Of a DNA stretch of 64,000 bases, positions 55,686 through 64,000 are shown piece after piece. The stretch comes from Flavobacterium sp. Lineage in GTDB: Bacteria; Bacteroidota; Bacteroidia; Flavobacteriales; Flavobacteriaceae. Location of the stretch: positions 33,929 through 97,928 of the forward strand of contig JAYVIN010000020.1 in assembly GCA_043770135.1 (NCBI GenBank), read 5' to 3'. Every line of letters begins with the position of its first letter. The first letter of the stretch is position 1. A program made the translations under genes and the position numbers. The notes below the pieces were generated by a model. It had not been told where the DNA came from, searched no databases, and worked only from the letters and a program-made list of their open reading frames with translations.

Positions 55686-56816
55686 ATGAAAAAAATTCAA
55701 ATGGTTGACTTAAAAGGTCAATACGAAAAAATAAAAGACACTGTAAATACTTCAATTCAAGAAGTTTTAGATACCAACGCCTATATAAACGGACCTTTAG
55801 TTCATCAATTTCAAAAAAATCTTGAAGAATACCTTGGGGCTAAACACGTAATTCCATGTGCCAACGGAACCGATGCTTTGCAAATTGCTATGATGGGTTT
55901 AGATCTGAAGCCTGGAGATGAAGTTATTACTGCCGATTTTACTTTTGCAGCCACTGTCGAAGTTATTGCATTGTTACAACTCACACCTGTTTTAGTAGAC
56001 GTGGATTTGGTCAATATGAATATTTCGATTGAGGCGATAAAAAAAGCAATTACACCAAAAACAAAAGCCATTGTACCTGTTCATTTATTTGGGCGTGCTG
56101 CTAATATGGAAGCGATTATGGCTATCGCAAAGGAACATGATTTATACGTGATTGAAGATAATGCACAGGCTATAGGTGCCAATTGTAGGTTTTCTGATGG
56201 GACTAAAAAGAAAGCTGGAACAATTGGTCATGTAGGTTCTACTTCTTTTTTTCCGTCTAAAAATTTAGGTTGTTATGGAGATGGTGGTGCTATTTTTACC
56301 AATGATGATGCATTAGCCCATAAAATTAGAGGAATAGTTAACCACGGAATGTATGAGCGATATCATCATGATGTAGTGGGAGTAAATTCAAGATTAGACA
56401 GTATTCAAGCGGCAGTTTTGAATGCAAAATTACCGTTCTTAGACCAATACAATTCGGCTCGTCAAAATGCAGCCAGAAAATATTCATTGGCTTTTGAAGG
56501 GCACAAAAATATTATTGCGCCAAGTATTTGTGACATTTGTGATTGCCACATTTTTCATCAATACACACTTAGAATTATTGATGCCGATAGAAACGGACTA
56601 ATGCAACATTTGCTTGATAAAGGAATTCCTTGTGCTATTTATTACCCAATTCCGCTTCATTTACAAAAAGCCTATTTGGACCCTCGTTACAAAGAAGAAG
56701 ATTTTCCAGTGACTAATCTGTTAGTGAAAGAGGTAATTTCTTTGCCAATGCACACTGAATTAGATGACGATCAAATCCAGTTTATTACAGATTCTGTTTT
56801 AGAATTCTTAAATTAA
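55686..56816 (+). CDS. DegT/DnrJ/EryC1/StrS-family PLP-dependent sugar aminotransferase
   Basis: Motifs CANGTDALQIA, IEDNAQAIGA and SFFPSKNLGCYGDGG (PLP-Lys region). Confidence 0.9.
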   Translation: MKKIQMVDLKGQYEKIKDTVNTSIQEVLDTNAYINGPLVHQFQKNLEEYLGAKHVIPCANGTDALQIAMMGLDLKPGDEVITADFTFAATVEVIALLQLTPVLVDVDLVNMNISIEAIKKAITPKTKAIVPVHLFGRAANMEAIMAIAKEHDLYVIEDNAQAIGANCRFSDGTKKKAGTIGHVGSTSFFPSKNLGCYGDGGAIFTNDDALAHKIRGIVNHGMYERYHHDVVGVNSRLDSIQAAVLNAKLPFLDQYNSARQNAARKYSLAFEGHKNIIAPSICDICDCHIFHQYTLRIIDADRNGLMQHLLDKGIPCAIYYPIPLHLQKAYLDPRYKEEDFPVTNLLVKEVISLPMHTELDDDQIQFITDSVLEFLN

Positions 56817-56850
56817 GAATGATTACAGAAAACCTTTAATATACTAAATA

Positions 56851-56889
56851 AAATGCCCCTAAAAAATTAATTATTTTTTAGGGGCATTT
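56851..56889. terminator. Bidirectional rho-independent terminator
   Basis: 17-bp perfect stem AAATGCCCCTAAAAAAT / ATTTTTTAGGGGCATTT with a 5-nt loop and T/A runs on both sides. Confidence 0.8.
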
Positions 56890-56974
56890 TTAATTTATAA
56901 AGTTTAAGTCCTTTATTATTATATAGCGATTAAATTTCTGCTTGCTGGTAGTCTAAAATATATTTCAAAGAAAA

Positions 56975-57090
56975 TGACTTTCGGTTCTTAAAAAGAAAAC
57001 ACGAATTACACAAATTTAAACCAATCATTTGGTGAAAATTTGTGTTTAATATCGGTTTTCAGAAAGCAGACTTTCAGTCTACAAAACAAA
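56975..57090. repeat. Composite intergenic repeat, locus B (homolog of 40941-41105)
   Basis: Shares ACTTTCGGTTCTTAAAAA, AAACACGAATTACACAAATT, TGAAAATTTGTG and GCAGACTTTCAGTCTACAAAAC with locus A. Internal 17-bp imperfect hairpin ACACAAATTTAAACCAA/TTGGTGAAAATTTGTGT. Confidence 0.8.
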
Positions 57091-57118
57091 ATCGATGAAC
57101 TTCAAAGTTCAAAGCAGT

Positions 57119-57379
57119 TTATTTTTTTATAGATTCTTTTAGTTTTTTTGCTGTTTCTTCCATTTTTGTAGCACCACTTAACTTTAAGCTATCTACTCTT
57201 GATAAAGTTTTAGATTTTACACTATCCAATTTCGCTTCGGCTTTGACTTTAGCCGAATCAATTGCTGCTGTCAGCTCTAGCTTAACAGCCTCTTTTGCAT
57301 TATCTAAGTGTTCTTGTGTTGTTTCTTTACAAGAAATTAAAATTACAGCTAGTGTTATTGTGAAGATTATTTTTTTCAT
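57119..57379 (-). CDS. Small helical lipoprotein (86 aa)
   Basis: Lipobox MKKIIFTITLAVILISC followed by a Lys/Glu/Ala-rich helical sequence. It lies 10 nt downstream of fabD. Confidence 0.6.
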   Translation of the reverse strand: MKKIIFTITLAVILISCKETTQEHLDNAKEAVKLELTAAIDSAKVKAEAKLDSVKSKTLSRVDSLKLSGATKMEETAKKLKESIKK

Positions 57380-57389
57380 AGTATTTTTT

Positions 57390-58262
57390 TTAAAAGTTAG
57401 TAGTTACGGCTTCTCTATCAATTTTACCAATCAATCCTGACAACACTTTTCCTGGACCCACTTCGGTAAATAAAGTGGCGCCATCGGCAATCATTTGTTG
57501 TACGGATTGTGTCCATTTTACAGGAGCTGTCAATTGGATAATTAAGTTTTTCTTTATTTCGGTGGCGTCAGAGACTGCACTAGCGGTTACATTTTGGTAT
57601 ACCGGACAAATAGGAGTAGAGAAAGTTGTTGCTTCAATGGCTGCGGCGAGTTCTTCTCTTGCTGGCTCCATCATCGGGGAGTGGAAAGCGCCTCCAACAG
57701 GTAAAAGCAAAGCTCTTTTTGCACCGGCTTCTTTCATTGCTTCACAGGCTTTTTCAACCGCCGAAGTCTCTCCTGAAATCACTAATTGACCGGGACAATT
57801 ATAATTGGCAGCTACCACAACACCGTCAATTGAAGCGCAAACTTCTTCAACGATGTTGTCTGCAAGTCCTAAAACGGCAGCCATTGTTGATGGTTTTATT
57901 TCACAAGCTTTTTGCATCGCTAATGCTCGTTGCGATACTAATTTTAATCCGTCTTCAAACGACAAAACACCATTGGCAACTAAAGCCGAAAATTCACCTA
58001 ACGAATGTCCCGCCACCATTTCTGGCTTAAAATCTTCTAGAGTTTTGGCTAAAATTACCGAATGTAAAAAAACCGCTGGTTGGGTCACTTTGGTTTCTTT
58101 CAATTCTTCGGCGGCGCCCTCAAACATAATATCTGTAATTCGAAAACCTAATATTTCATTGGCTTTTTCGAAAAGTGATTTTGCCAATTCGGAGTTTTCA
58201 TATAAGTCTTTGCCCATTCCTGTAAATTGCGCTCCTTGCCCTGGAAATACGTATGCTTTCAT
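57390..58262 (-). CDS. fabD: Malonyl-CoA:ACP transacylase
   Basis: FPGQGAQ N-terminus, active-site GHSLGE and GAFHS motif. Confidence 0.95.
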   Translation of the reverse strand: MKAYVFPGQGAQFTGMGKDLYENSELAKSLFEKANEILGFRITDIMFEGAAEELKETKVTQPAVFLHSVILAKTLEDFKPEMVAGHSLGEFSALVANGVLSFEDGLKLVSQRALAMQKACEIKPSTMAAVLGLADNIVEEVCASIDGVVVAANYNCPGQLVISGETSAVEKACEAMKEAGAKRALLLPVGGAFHSPMMEPAREELAAAIEATTFSTPICPVYQNVTASAVSDATEIKKNLIIQLTAPVKWTQSVQQMIADGATLFTEVGPGKVLSGLIGKIDREAVTTNF

Positions 58263-58322
58263 TTATTTGATTTAAAGTTTAAAATAATTGGTTTTTGTTG
58301 AAAAGCAAAAATAGTATTTTAA

Positions 58323-58850
58323 TTATAAATCGACTGAATTTACGATTTCTAGTAATTGACTTTTTAAATCGACATCGATAATTCCTTTCTCAGAATCAAA
58401 ATTAGCCCCGAAACTAGGTAATGAAAAACTCCCTTTCATAACTCCGCCTTGAAAAGGAAAACGACTTTTGGCAATTTCTAAGACGGTTGCGCCGCCTCTT
58501 GGTCCGGGAGAAGTTGATAATAATAACATTGGTTTTTCTTGAAACGTTTTGCTATTAATTCTAGAACTCCAATCAAAAATATTCTTGAAAGCAGCAGAAT
58601 AAGCTCCATTATGTTCGGCAAATGAAATGATGATTAAGTCTGAATTTCCAATTTTAGCATAAAAATCCTGAGCTAGTTGCGGAATTCCAGTCGTTGATTC
58701 TTTATCAACCGAGAAAATTGGCATTTCGTAATCGTTTAAATCCAAAATTTCAATTTGGGAATTTTCGAATTGATTGGCCACATAAGTAGCTAATTGTTTG
58801 TTGATGGAAGTCTTGCTTGACGAAGCTCCAAAAGCGAGTATTTTTTTCAT
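58323..58850 (-). CDS. NAD(P)H-dependent FMN reductase-family oxidoreductase
   Basis: Flavodoxin-like fold with the MKKILAFGASSSKTSINKQLA phosphate-binding loop. 175 aa. Confidence 0.8.
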   Translation of the reverse strand: MKKILAFGASSSKTSINKQLATYVANQFENSQIEILDLNDYEMPIFSVDKESTTGIPQLAQDFYAKIGNSDLIIISFAEHNGAYSAAFKNIFDWSSRINSKTFQEKPMLLLSTSPGPRGGATVLEIAKSRFPFQGGVMKGSFSLPSFGANFDSEKGIIDVDLKSQLLEIVNSVDL

Positions 58851-58864
58851 TATTTAAAATAGAA

Positions 58865-59578
58865 TTAGTTCATAGGAATTTCCATTATCAAAAATTTAGA
58901 ATCGGTAGTGGCTTTGATTTCAATTTCATTGGTTTCCCAAATCCCAATTGCATCTCTTTTTTCGAGTGTTGTACCACTTACTTCAATTTCACCATCAATA
59001 TTGATGATGTAAAATCCGTTTCCTTCTTTTTTTAGAGCAATATTTTTAGAAAAGTCTTTGTCAAAATCACTCAGATAAAACCAAGCATCTTGATGAATCC
59101 AAACGCCAGCATCATCTGCATTTGGAGAAAGAATTTGAGCAAAATTGTTTTTTTGTTCAACAGCATCCAAAGTAATTTGTTGGTAGCGAGGTTCCACATT
59201 TTTTGTTCTTGGGAACAACCAAATCTGGAATAATTTGGTTTGTTGGTCGGCATTCGGGTTGAATTCGCTATGTCTAATTCCAGTTCCAGCACTCATCACC
59301 TGTACGTCGCCAGTTTTTATGGTTTCGGCATTGCCCATACTGTCTTTGTGCGCCAAATCGCCCTCAAGAGGAATGGTAATGATTTCCATATTGTCGTGTC
59401 CGTGTTCACCAAAACCCATTCCAGCGGCAATGGTATCGTCATTTAAAACTCTTAAAGTTCCGAATTGTACTCGGTCAGGATTGTACCAACTGCCAAAACT
59501 AAAACTATGATAAGCGTTTAACCATCCGTGATCTGCATGACCTCTTGAATCGGCTTTATGTAATATTGAATTTTTCAT
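58865..59578 (-). CDS. Pirin-family (bicupin) protein
   Basis: N-terminal RGHADHGWL...SFSFG and cupin metal motif GFGEHGHDNMEIITIPLEG. Confidence 0.88.
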   Translation of the reverse strand: MKNSILHKADSRGHADHGWLNAYHSFSFGSWYNPDRVQFGTLRVLNDDTIAAGMGFGEHGHDNMEIITIPLEGDLAHKDSMGNAETIKTGDVQVMSAGTGIRHSEFNPNADQQTKLFQIWLFPRTKNVEPRYQQITLDAVEQKNNFAQILSPNADDAGVWIHQDAWFYLSDFDKDFSKNIALKKEGNGFYIINIDGEIEVSGTTLEKRDAIGIWETNEIEIKATTDSKFLIMEIPMN

Positions 59579-59607
59579 CTTAAATAAATTTAATAATTAA
59601 TATGATA

Positions 59608-59615
59608 CAAATTTA
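59608..59615 (-). promoter_or_regulatory. Candidate -7 box (TAAATTTG on the minus strand) for the pirin gene
   Basis: TAnnTTTG match 30 nt upstream of the ATG at 59578. Confidence 0.4.
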
Positions 59616-59727
59616 TGTACAATGAAAATAAAAGTAACTTAATGTAGATTAAGAAAATAGTGTTCAGTGTTCAGAAAATTAGTATTCAGTTATATAGTGC
59701 TCTAAAAAAAATCTAACTGACCACTGA

Positions 59728-60303
59728 TTACTTCCTCAAAAGTTTACTTTTCATCTTACTAAAAAACTCTGGCGTAACCCCTATATAAGAAGCCAACTGT
59801 TTTTGAGCAACTTTTTGAATTAAATCGGGGTATTTTTTGCACATTTTTTCAAAGCGTTCTTCAGCGGCTAAACTCAAATTGTCCATCAATCTTTCTTGGT
59901 AAGCTACCAAAGAATTTTCGGCTAAAATCCTGAAGAAACGTTCCAATTTTGGTATTTCTTGGTAGAGTATTTCTTGGTTTTCTTTGGATAAAATTACAAC
60001 TTCGGCATCTTCTAAAACCTCAATAAATAAATTACCTGGTTTTTGAGAGAGCAAGCTGTACATATCGCCAATCCACCAACCGCTGCAGGCAAAACTCAAA
60101 ACATGTTCTACAATATTGTCATTGATATTGAAACTTCTAAGTACTCCCGAATTAACAAAATAAGAGTTTTTACACACTTGACCCGAGTGGAGTAAAATAG
60201 TTTTTGATTTAAAGGTTTGGGTTGTTGTTTTAGACAAAAAAAGGACTTGTTCCTCAGGAGAAAGTTGTATGTGTTTTGCTAGATTGTCTAAAAGTAACGA
60301 CAT
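59728..60303 (-). CDS. Crp/Fnr-family transcriptional regulator
   Basis: N-terminal cNMP-binding beta-barrel and C-terminal HTH (QKQLASYIGVTPEFFSKMK). Confidence 0.85.
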   Translation of the reverse strand: MSLLLDNLAKHIQLSPEEQVLFLSKTTTQTFKSKTILLHSGQVCKNSYFVNSGVLRSFNINDNIVEHVLSFACSGWWIGDMYSLLSQKPGNLFIEVLEDAEVVILSKENQEILYQEIPKLERFFRILAENSLVAYQERLMDNLSLAAEERFEKMCKKYPDLIQKVAQKQLASYIGVTPEFFSKMKSKLLRK

Positions 60304-60313
60304 GATTTTTGGG

Positions 60314-60652
60314 TTATTTTTCTTCGGGCAATAATCTAAAAGCAGTTACTTTGAAACGATTTTTTATAATTTTTCCTGTTACTTCTGCGTTTCTAATGGC
60401 ATTGCAAAAACCATCCTCTTTGTGTGCATCGCCATGAGAATCGATAGCTGTACCATCAACAAAATAGCATTTTCCGTCAATGCGAACAGCTAAGTCACAA
60501 CCTTTTTTTTTGGTCATTCCAAATTGGCATTGACCACAAGACACTTCCACTATTTGAGGTTTAGTTTGCTTTTTTTTGTCTTGAGCGTGCACAAAACTTA
60601 ATGAAAAAATGAATAGTAAAGATAAGAGTGTTTTTATTTTTATATTTTTCAT
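60314..60652 (-). CDS. Small secreted Cys-rich protein of unknown function
   Basis: Signal peptide and five Cys residues (SCGQCQFG, GCDL, GKCY, GFCN) plus an HGDAH motif. 10 nt upstream of the Crp gene and 20 nt downstream of the U32 gene. Confidence 0.65.
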   Translation of the reverse strand: MKNIKIKTLLSLLFIFSLSFVHAQDKKKQTKPQIVEVSCGQCQFGMTKKKGCDLAVRIDGKCYFVDGTAIDSHGDAHKEDGFCNAIRNAEVTGKIIKNRFKVTAFRLLPEEK

Positions 60653-60672
60653 GCGTTACTGTTTTTTGTGTT

Positions 60673-62550
60673 TTAATGAAAGTGATCCTCTTCGATTTCA
60701 AATTCGGCATCTTTTTCCCAAATTTCCATTTCACAAGGTTTACAATTGAATTTGAGTTTGTATTCTAATTCCCCTTGTTTTAATACTAAAGGTTCTTTGA
60801 GTTTGGTTTCCATCGTGTCTTTGTGGTATTTTGGGCATTTTTCCAGTTCGTATTTAATGCAATATTTGGTGGTCATTACCCGCGATTTTCCTGGATCCCA
60901 TTGCAATTCGAATGCCTTTTCTATTTCGGTTACACCATGACGCTCATAAAATTTACGGGCTAGTTTATTCGAAACATTGTACATGAAATCTAATTTTTCT
61001 TCTGGATAAGGATGCGAGGTTTTGACCATTTGATGTTCTTCACGATAGTAATTTTCGAGACGAATTTCGGATAATTTTTCGTAAACTGTTCTTCGCATTT
61101 CGTTGATTTTAGAAATAGGAATAAACCAATTTTCCGAAAAATTAATTCTTATTTCAGTATTGGTATAAGGAGTAAATCCAGTTTTAGCCAGATTTATTTT
61201 GAAATTATCTTCGATAGATTCATTGTTTTTTGTCCTTTCTTTTGGATGAACCAAATGGATTGTACTTGCATTTCCATCTTCATCGGTGGCAGTAAGTACA
61301 AAACCGTTTTCGTTTTCGGTTAGTAACAAAGTAGTACTTATTTTTCGCACGGCGCTATCTTCTCTTTCTACAATTTTGATAAAAGCTGTATCGTTATTTC
61401 GATAGATAAAGGTATCGGGTTTTATTTCTTTGAGAACATTAGGATACGCCAAACCATTTTCGGCTTTGTTAACATATATTCCGTCGGCTTCGTTATTTTC
61501 GTTTATAAAGCAAAGTCCGTCACCATTATTTAGTAGTTCGCCATTTTCAATTTGGTAAGCATTTCCAATGGTTTTGATGAGTTTTCCAATAAATTGCCCT
61601 TTCGATTTTGGACTTTCCCAAGAGCCAATAGCTTGGTGTCTTTCGTTGACAAAATAATCGGTATATCCTCGATTGAAACTTTTGTTCAAAGCCGAATCGA
61701 AAGTGAAAGTACAGCTTCCAGAAGAGGCTTTGGTGTATTTGTCTTTTCCATTTCCTTCAAGAAATGCGTCAAGTTTTTGTCTTAAATAAGAAACATTGTT
61801 TTTTACATAGACAATATCTTTCAATCGACCTTCGATTTTAAAGGAACAAACTCCAGCTTCAATTAGATTTGGAATTTCATCCGAAACATCAAAATCTTTG
61901 ATCGAAAGCAAGTGGCTGTTTTTGATTAAAGTTTCGCCGTGACCGTCGATGAGGTTATAGGGTAAACGGCAGTTTTGAGCACAAGAACCTCGATTGGCAG
62001 AGCGTTCGCCATTGGCAACACTCATATAACAATTGCCGCTAAAAGAAACGCAAAGTGCTCCAGTCACAAAAAATTCCAATTCGACATCGCTTGCAGTACT
62101 GATTTCTTTAATCTGGTGTAGGTTTAATTCCCGAGCCAAAACCACTCGTTTCATTCCCGCATCTTTCAGAAATTTGATTTTATCCGCATCCCGATTATTA
62201 GCTTGGGTGCTGGCGTGCAAAACTATAGGAGGTAAGTCCATTTCCATAATCGCCATATCTTGTACAATTAGGGCATCGACACCAATGTTGTACAATTCCC
62301 AAATCATTTTACGACAGGTTTCGAGCTCGTTGTCGTACAAAATAGTATTGATTACCACAAAAACTTGAGCGTAAAATAAGTGCGCATATTTTACCAAAGC
62401 AGCTACATCTTCAATAGAATTCGTGGCGTTGGATCGTGCGCCAAATTGTGGTGCGCCAATATAAACTGCATCGGCACCACTATTGATGGCTGCCATTCCG
62501 TGAATTAAATCTTTAGCGGGAGCGAGTATTTCTATTTTCTTTTTTATCAC
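60673..62550 (-). CDS. U32-family protein, long form (RlhA/YdcP-like)
   Basis: The U32 signature region (E-x-F-x-x-G-[SA]-[LIVM]-C-x4-G-x-C) appears as LEFFVTGALCVSFSGNCYMS. At 625 aa it has a long C-terminal extension ending in a Cys cluster (CIKYELEKCP, CKPCEME). Confidence 0.8.
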   Translation of the reverse strand: MIKKKIEILAPAKDLIHGMAAINSGADAVYIGAPQFGARSNATNSIEDVAALVKYAHLFYAQVFVVINTILYDNELETCRKMIWELYNIGVDALIVQDMAIMEMDLPPIVLHASTQANNRDADKIKFLKDAGMKRVVLARELNLHQIKEISTASDVELEFFVTGALCVSFSGNCYMSVANGERSANRGSCAQNCRLPYNLIDGHGETLIKNSHLLSIKDFDVSDEIPNLIEAGVCSFKIEGRLKDIVYVKNNVSYLRQKLDAFLEGNGKDKYTKASSGSCTFTFDSALNKSFNRGYTDYFVNERHQAIGSWESPKSKGQFIGKLIKTIGNAYQIENGELLNNGDGLCFINENNEADGIYVNKAENGLAYPNVLKEIKPDTFIYRNNDTAFIKIVEREDSAVRKISTTLLLTENENGFVLTATDEDGNASTIHLVHPKERTKNNESIEDNFKINLAKTGFTPYTNTEIRINFSENWFIPISKINEMRRTVYEKLSEIRLENYYREEHQMVKTSHPYPEEKLDFMYNVSNKLARKFYERHGVTEIEKAFELQWDPGKSRVMTTKYCIKYELEKCPKYHKDTMETKLKEPLVLKQGELEYKLKFNCKPCEMEIWEKDAEFEIEEDHFH

Positions 62551-62853
62551 TTGATGGTCTAAATTAGTATAACTGTATGAGTTTATGCTTTTTTAAGAAT
62601 TGCCTACAAAGTTCCTATAAATAATCAAAGAATTCTAATTCAGGTTTGTTTTTTTTAAAGTTTATTGTTTTTTTGGATTTTCAACTCAGGATTATTTTTT
62701 TTAAATACTAAACGATTATGTATTTCGTTATGAGTTTATTAGATGCTGTTTTTAGGTTTATAAAAATAATATTTTTTTGAATTATTTTTTTTTCACTTTT
62801 AAACCTTTTGTTTTTTTTAGAATCAAATACTTGAACCTTTAAATTTATATATT

Positions 62854-63726
62854 ATGAAAACCAAATTTTTATTAGTTGCGTCCTTAGTTTTATTTGCTTT
62901 TTTTATGAGTTGTTCTTCAGACGAGACAACCGAAACCGAAGCTGTTTCAAAAATAATTACAACGGATGATGCCATTATCAATTCAGAAATTGATGCTTCT
63001 GTGGATGATGTTTCCCTAATTGTTGAAGACCAGTTTTCTGTGCAACAAAGTAGTTTAACCCGAACTGCTGAACCTCCAAAGAGTATCTTACCGCTTTGTG
63101 CTACAGTTACTACTGTTGCCGGTACCGATTCTTATACCAAAACAATCGATTTTGGAACAGTTGGTTGTACTATGCCAAATGGAAATATGTTGAAAGGAAA
63201 AATTATTATTATTTTTTCTAAAAATGCTACTACACCTTCAAGATCTATTTCTTACACCTTAGAAGGGTTTTATCATAATGACAAATTGATTGAAGGAAAT
63301 AAAACCATTACTCACGAAAAGAAAAGTACGGATTTATTAGAGACTGTTCATCCTGTAACTACTCATTTAATTGATGTTACAGTTACTTTTGCAGACGGAA
63401 AAATTTACACAAGAAAAGGTACTCATGTTCGTGAAATGACCGAAGGATTTGCTACTTTGGGTAATTGGGAAGATAATGTTTTTATGGCAACTGGAAACCA
63501 TATCACAAATTTTCCAAATGGTTCTATATTTACTACAACCATTCAAACGCCACTGGTTTTTAAATCGATTTGCAGAAAACCTTTTCCAGTACAAGGAGTG
63601 GTTGAAATTAATAAAAACGGTGGAATAGCTACATTAGATTATGGAAATGGTGAGTGTGATAATTTAGCTACTATGACCACAGGAGGAGTGACCAAAGAAA
63701 TAGAATTGAAGAGAAATAATAAATAA
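62854..63726 (+). CDS. Lipoprotein of unknown function
   Basis: Lipobox MKTKFLLVASLVLFAFFMSC. 290 aa and beta-rich. A terminator follows. Confidence 0.7.
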   Translation: MKTKFLLVASLVLFAFFMSCSSDETTETEAVSKIITTDDAIINSEIDASVDDVSLIVEDQFSVQQSSLTRTAEPPKSILPLCATVTTVAGTDSYTKTIDFGTVGCTMPNGNMLKGKIIIIFSKNATTPSRSISYTLEGFYHNDKLIEGNKTITHEKKSTDLLETVHPVTTHLIDVTVTFADGKIYTRKGTHVREMTEGFATLGNWEDNVFMATGNHITNFPNGSIFTTTIQTPLVFKSICRKPFPVQGVVEINKNGGIATLDYGNGECDNLATMTTGGVTKEIELKRNNK

Positions 63727-63743
63727 TGAATAGAAGTGTTTTT

Positions 63744-63777
63744 ACAAAAAAACGTCCCAAATCGGGACGTTTTTTTA
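63744..63777. terminator. Bidirectional terminator between the lipoprotein gene and rlmN
   Basis: Stem ACGTCCC/GGGACGT (63752-63770) extended by a flanking A-run and T-run. It overlaps the rlmN stop codon. Confidence 0.75.
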
Positions 63778-64000
63778 TGCTTCTTTATTGGCTAATTGCC
63801 CACAAGCAGCATCAATATCTTTTCCACGACTTCGACGTACTTTAACTACAATTCCTGTAGCTTCTAGTGCTTTGATGTAGGTATTTATAGATTCTTCGGA
63901 CGCTTGTTGAAACTCTCCATCATCGATAGGATTGTATTCTATCAAATTGACTTTGCAAGGCACATATTTACAAAACTTTACTAAAGCATCAATTGAGGCT
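63775..64000 (-). CDS. rlmN: 23S rRNA/tRNA (adenine-C2)-methyltransferase RlmN, C-terminal part (5' end beyond the window)
   Basis: The ORF is open to the window end. KVNLIEYNPI...VRRSRGKDIDAACGQL is the conserved radical-SAM RlmN C-terminus, including the catalytic Cys. Confidence 0.88.
   Translation of the reverse strand, partial: ASIDALVKFCKYVPCKVNLIEYNPIDDGEFQQASEESINTYIKALEATGIVVKVRRSRGKDIDAACGQLANKEA

Noticed and set aside
57475-58275. Three overlapping plus-strand ORFs (57475-57789, 57626-58030, 57805-58275) opposite fabD
   Set aside because: fabD is unambiguous (GHSLGE, GQGAQ). It is relatively GC- and Ala-rich, which generates long stop-free antisense frames. There is no independent start context or motif.

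Overview
AT-rich Bacteroidota chromosome segment that looks Flavobacterium-like: T9SS C-terminal sorting domains, a PorP/SprF gene, TAnnTTTG -7 boxes and SD-poor starts. Most of it is core genome. It holds the 3' part of bamA with two OmpH/Skp genes and murI. A complete minus-strand dcw cluster runs mraZ-rsmH-ftsL-ftsI-murE-mraY-murD-ftsW-murG-murC-ftsQ-ftsA-ftsZ (26610 down to 10620). Also present are engB, sppA, an AsmA-like gene, mutS, fabD, waaA, tRNA-Gly(GCC), tRNA-Leu(TAA) and the 3' end of rlmN. Accessory content is a MntA/HepT toxin-antitoxin pair fused onto the front of engB, a 975-aa LRR/C-type-lectin/T9SS adhesin, a frameshifted GH78 rhamnosidase, and a tightly packed ECF sigma / small TM protein / Spy-like / MbnP-like / MbnH-like operon followed by two T9SS-secreted proteins (YHYH, sulfatase). 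The most unusual signals are non-coding. (1) A family of about 30-37 bp GC-rich hairpin plus G-tract mini-elements has six copies. Three sit in frame inside murG and ftsW, one supplies the C-terminus of a TrmH-like methyltransferase, and two directly bracket the adhesin gene. (2) A second repeat family of ACTTTCAGT-core hairpins plus a CACGAATT/CACAAATT inverted-repeat module occurs at two distant intergenic loci. (3) A 10-bp-phased GTGG repeat array sits in front of mraZ. (4) A strand-specific 18-bp hairpin lies between murD and ftsW. No rRNA, CRISPR array, transposase or integrase was seen. All functional calls come from motif recognition by eye and no searches were run.
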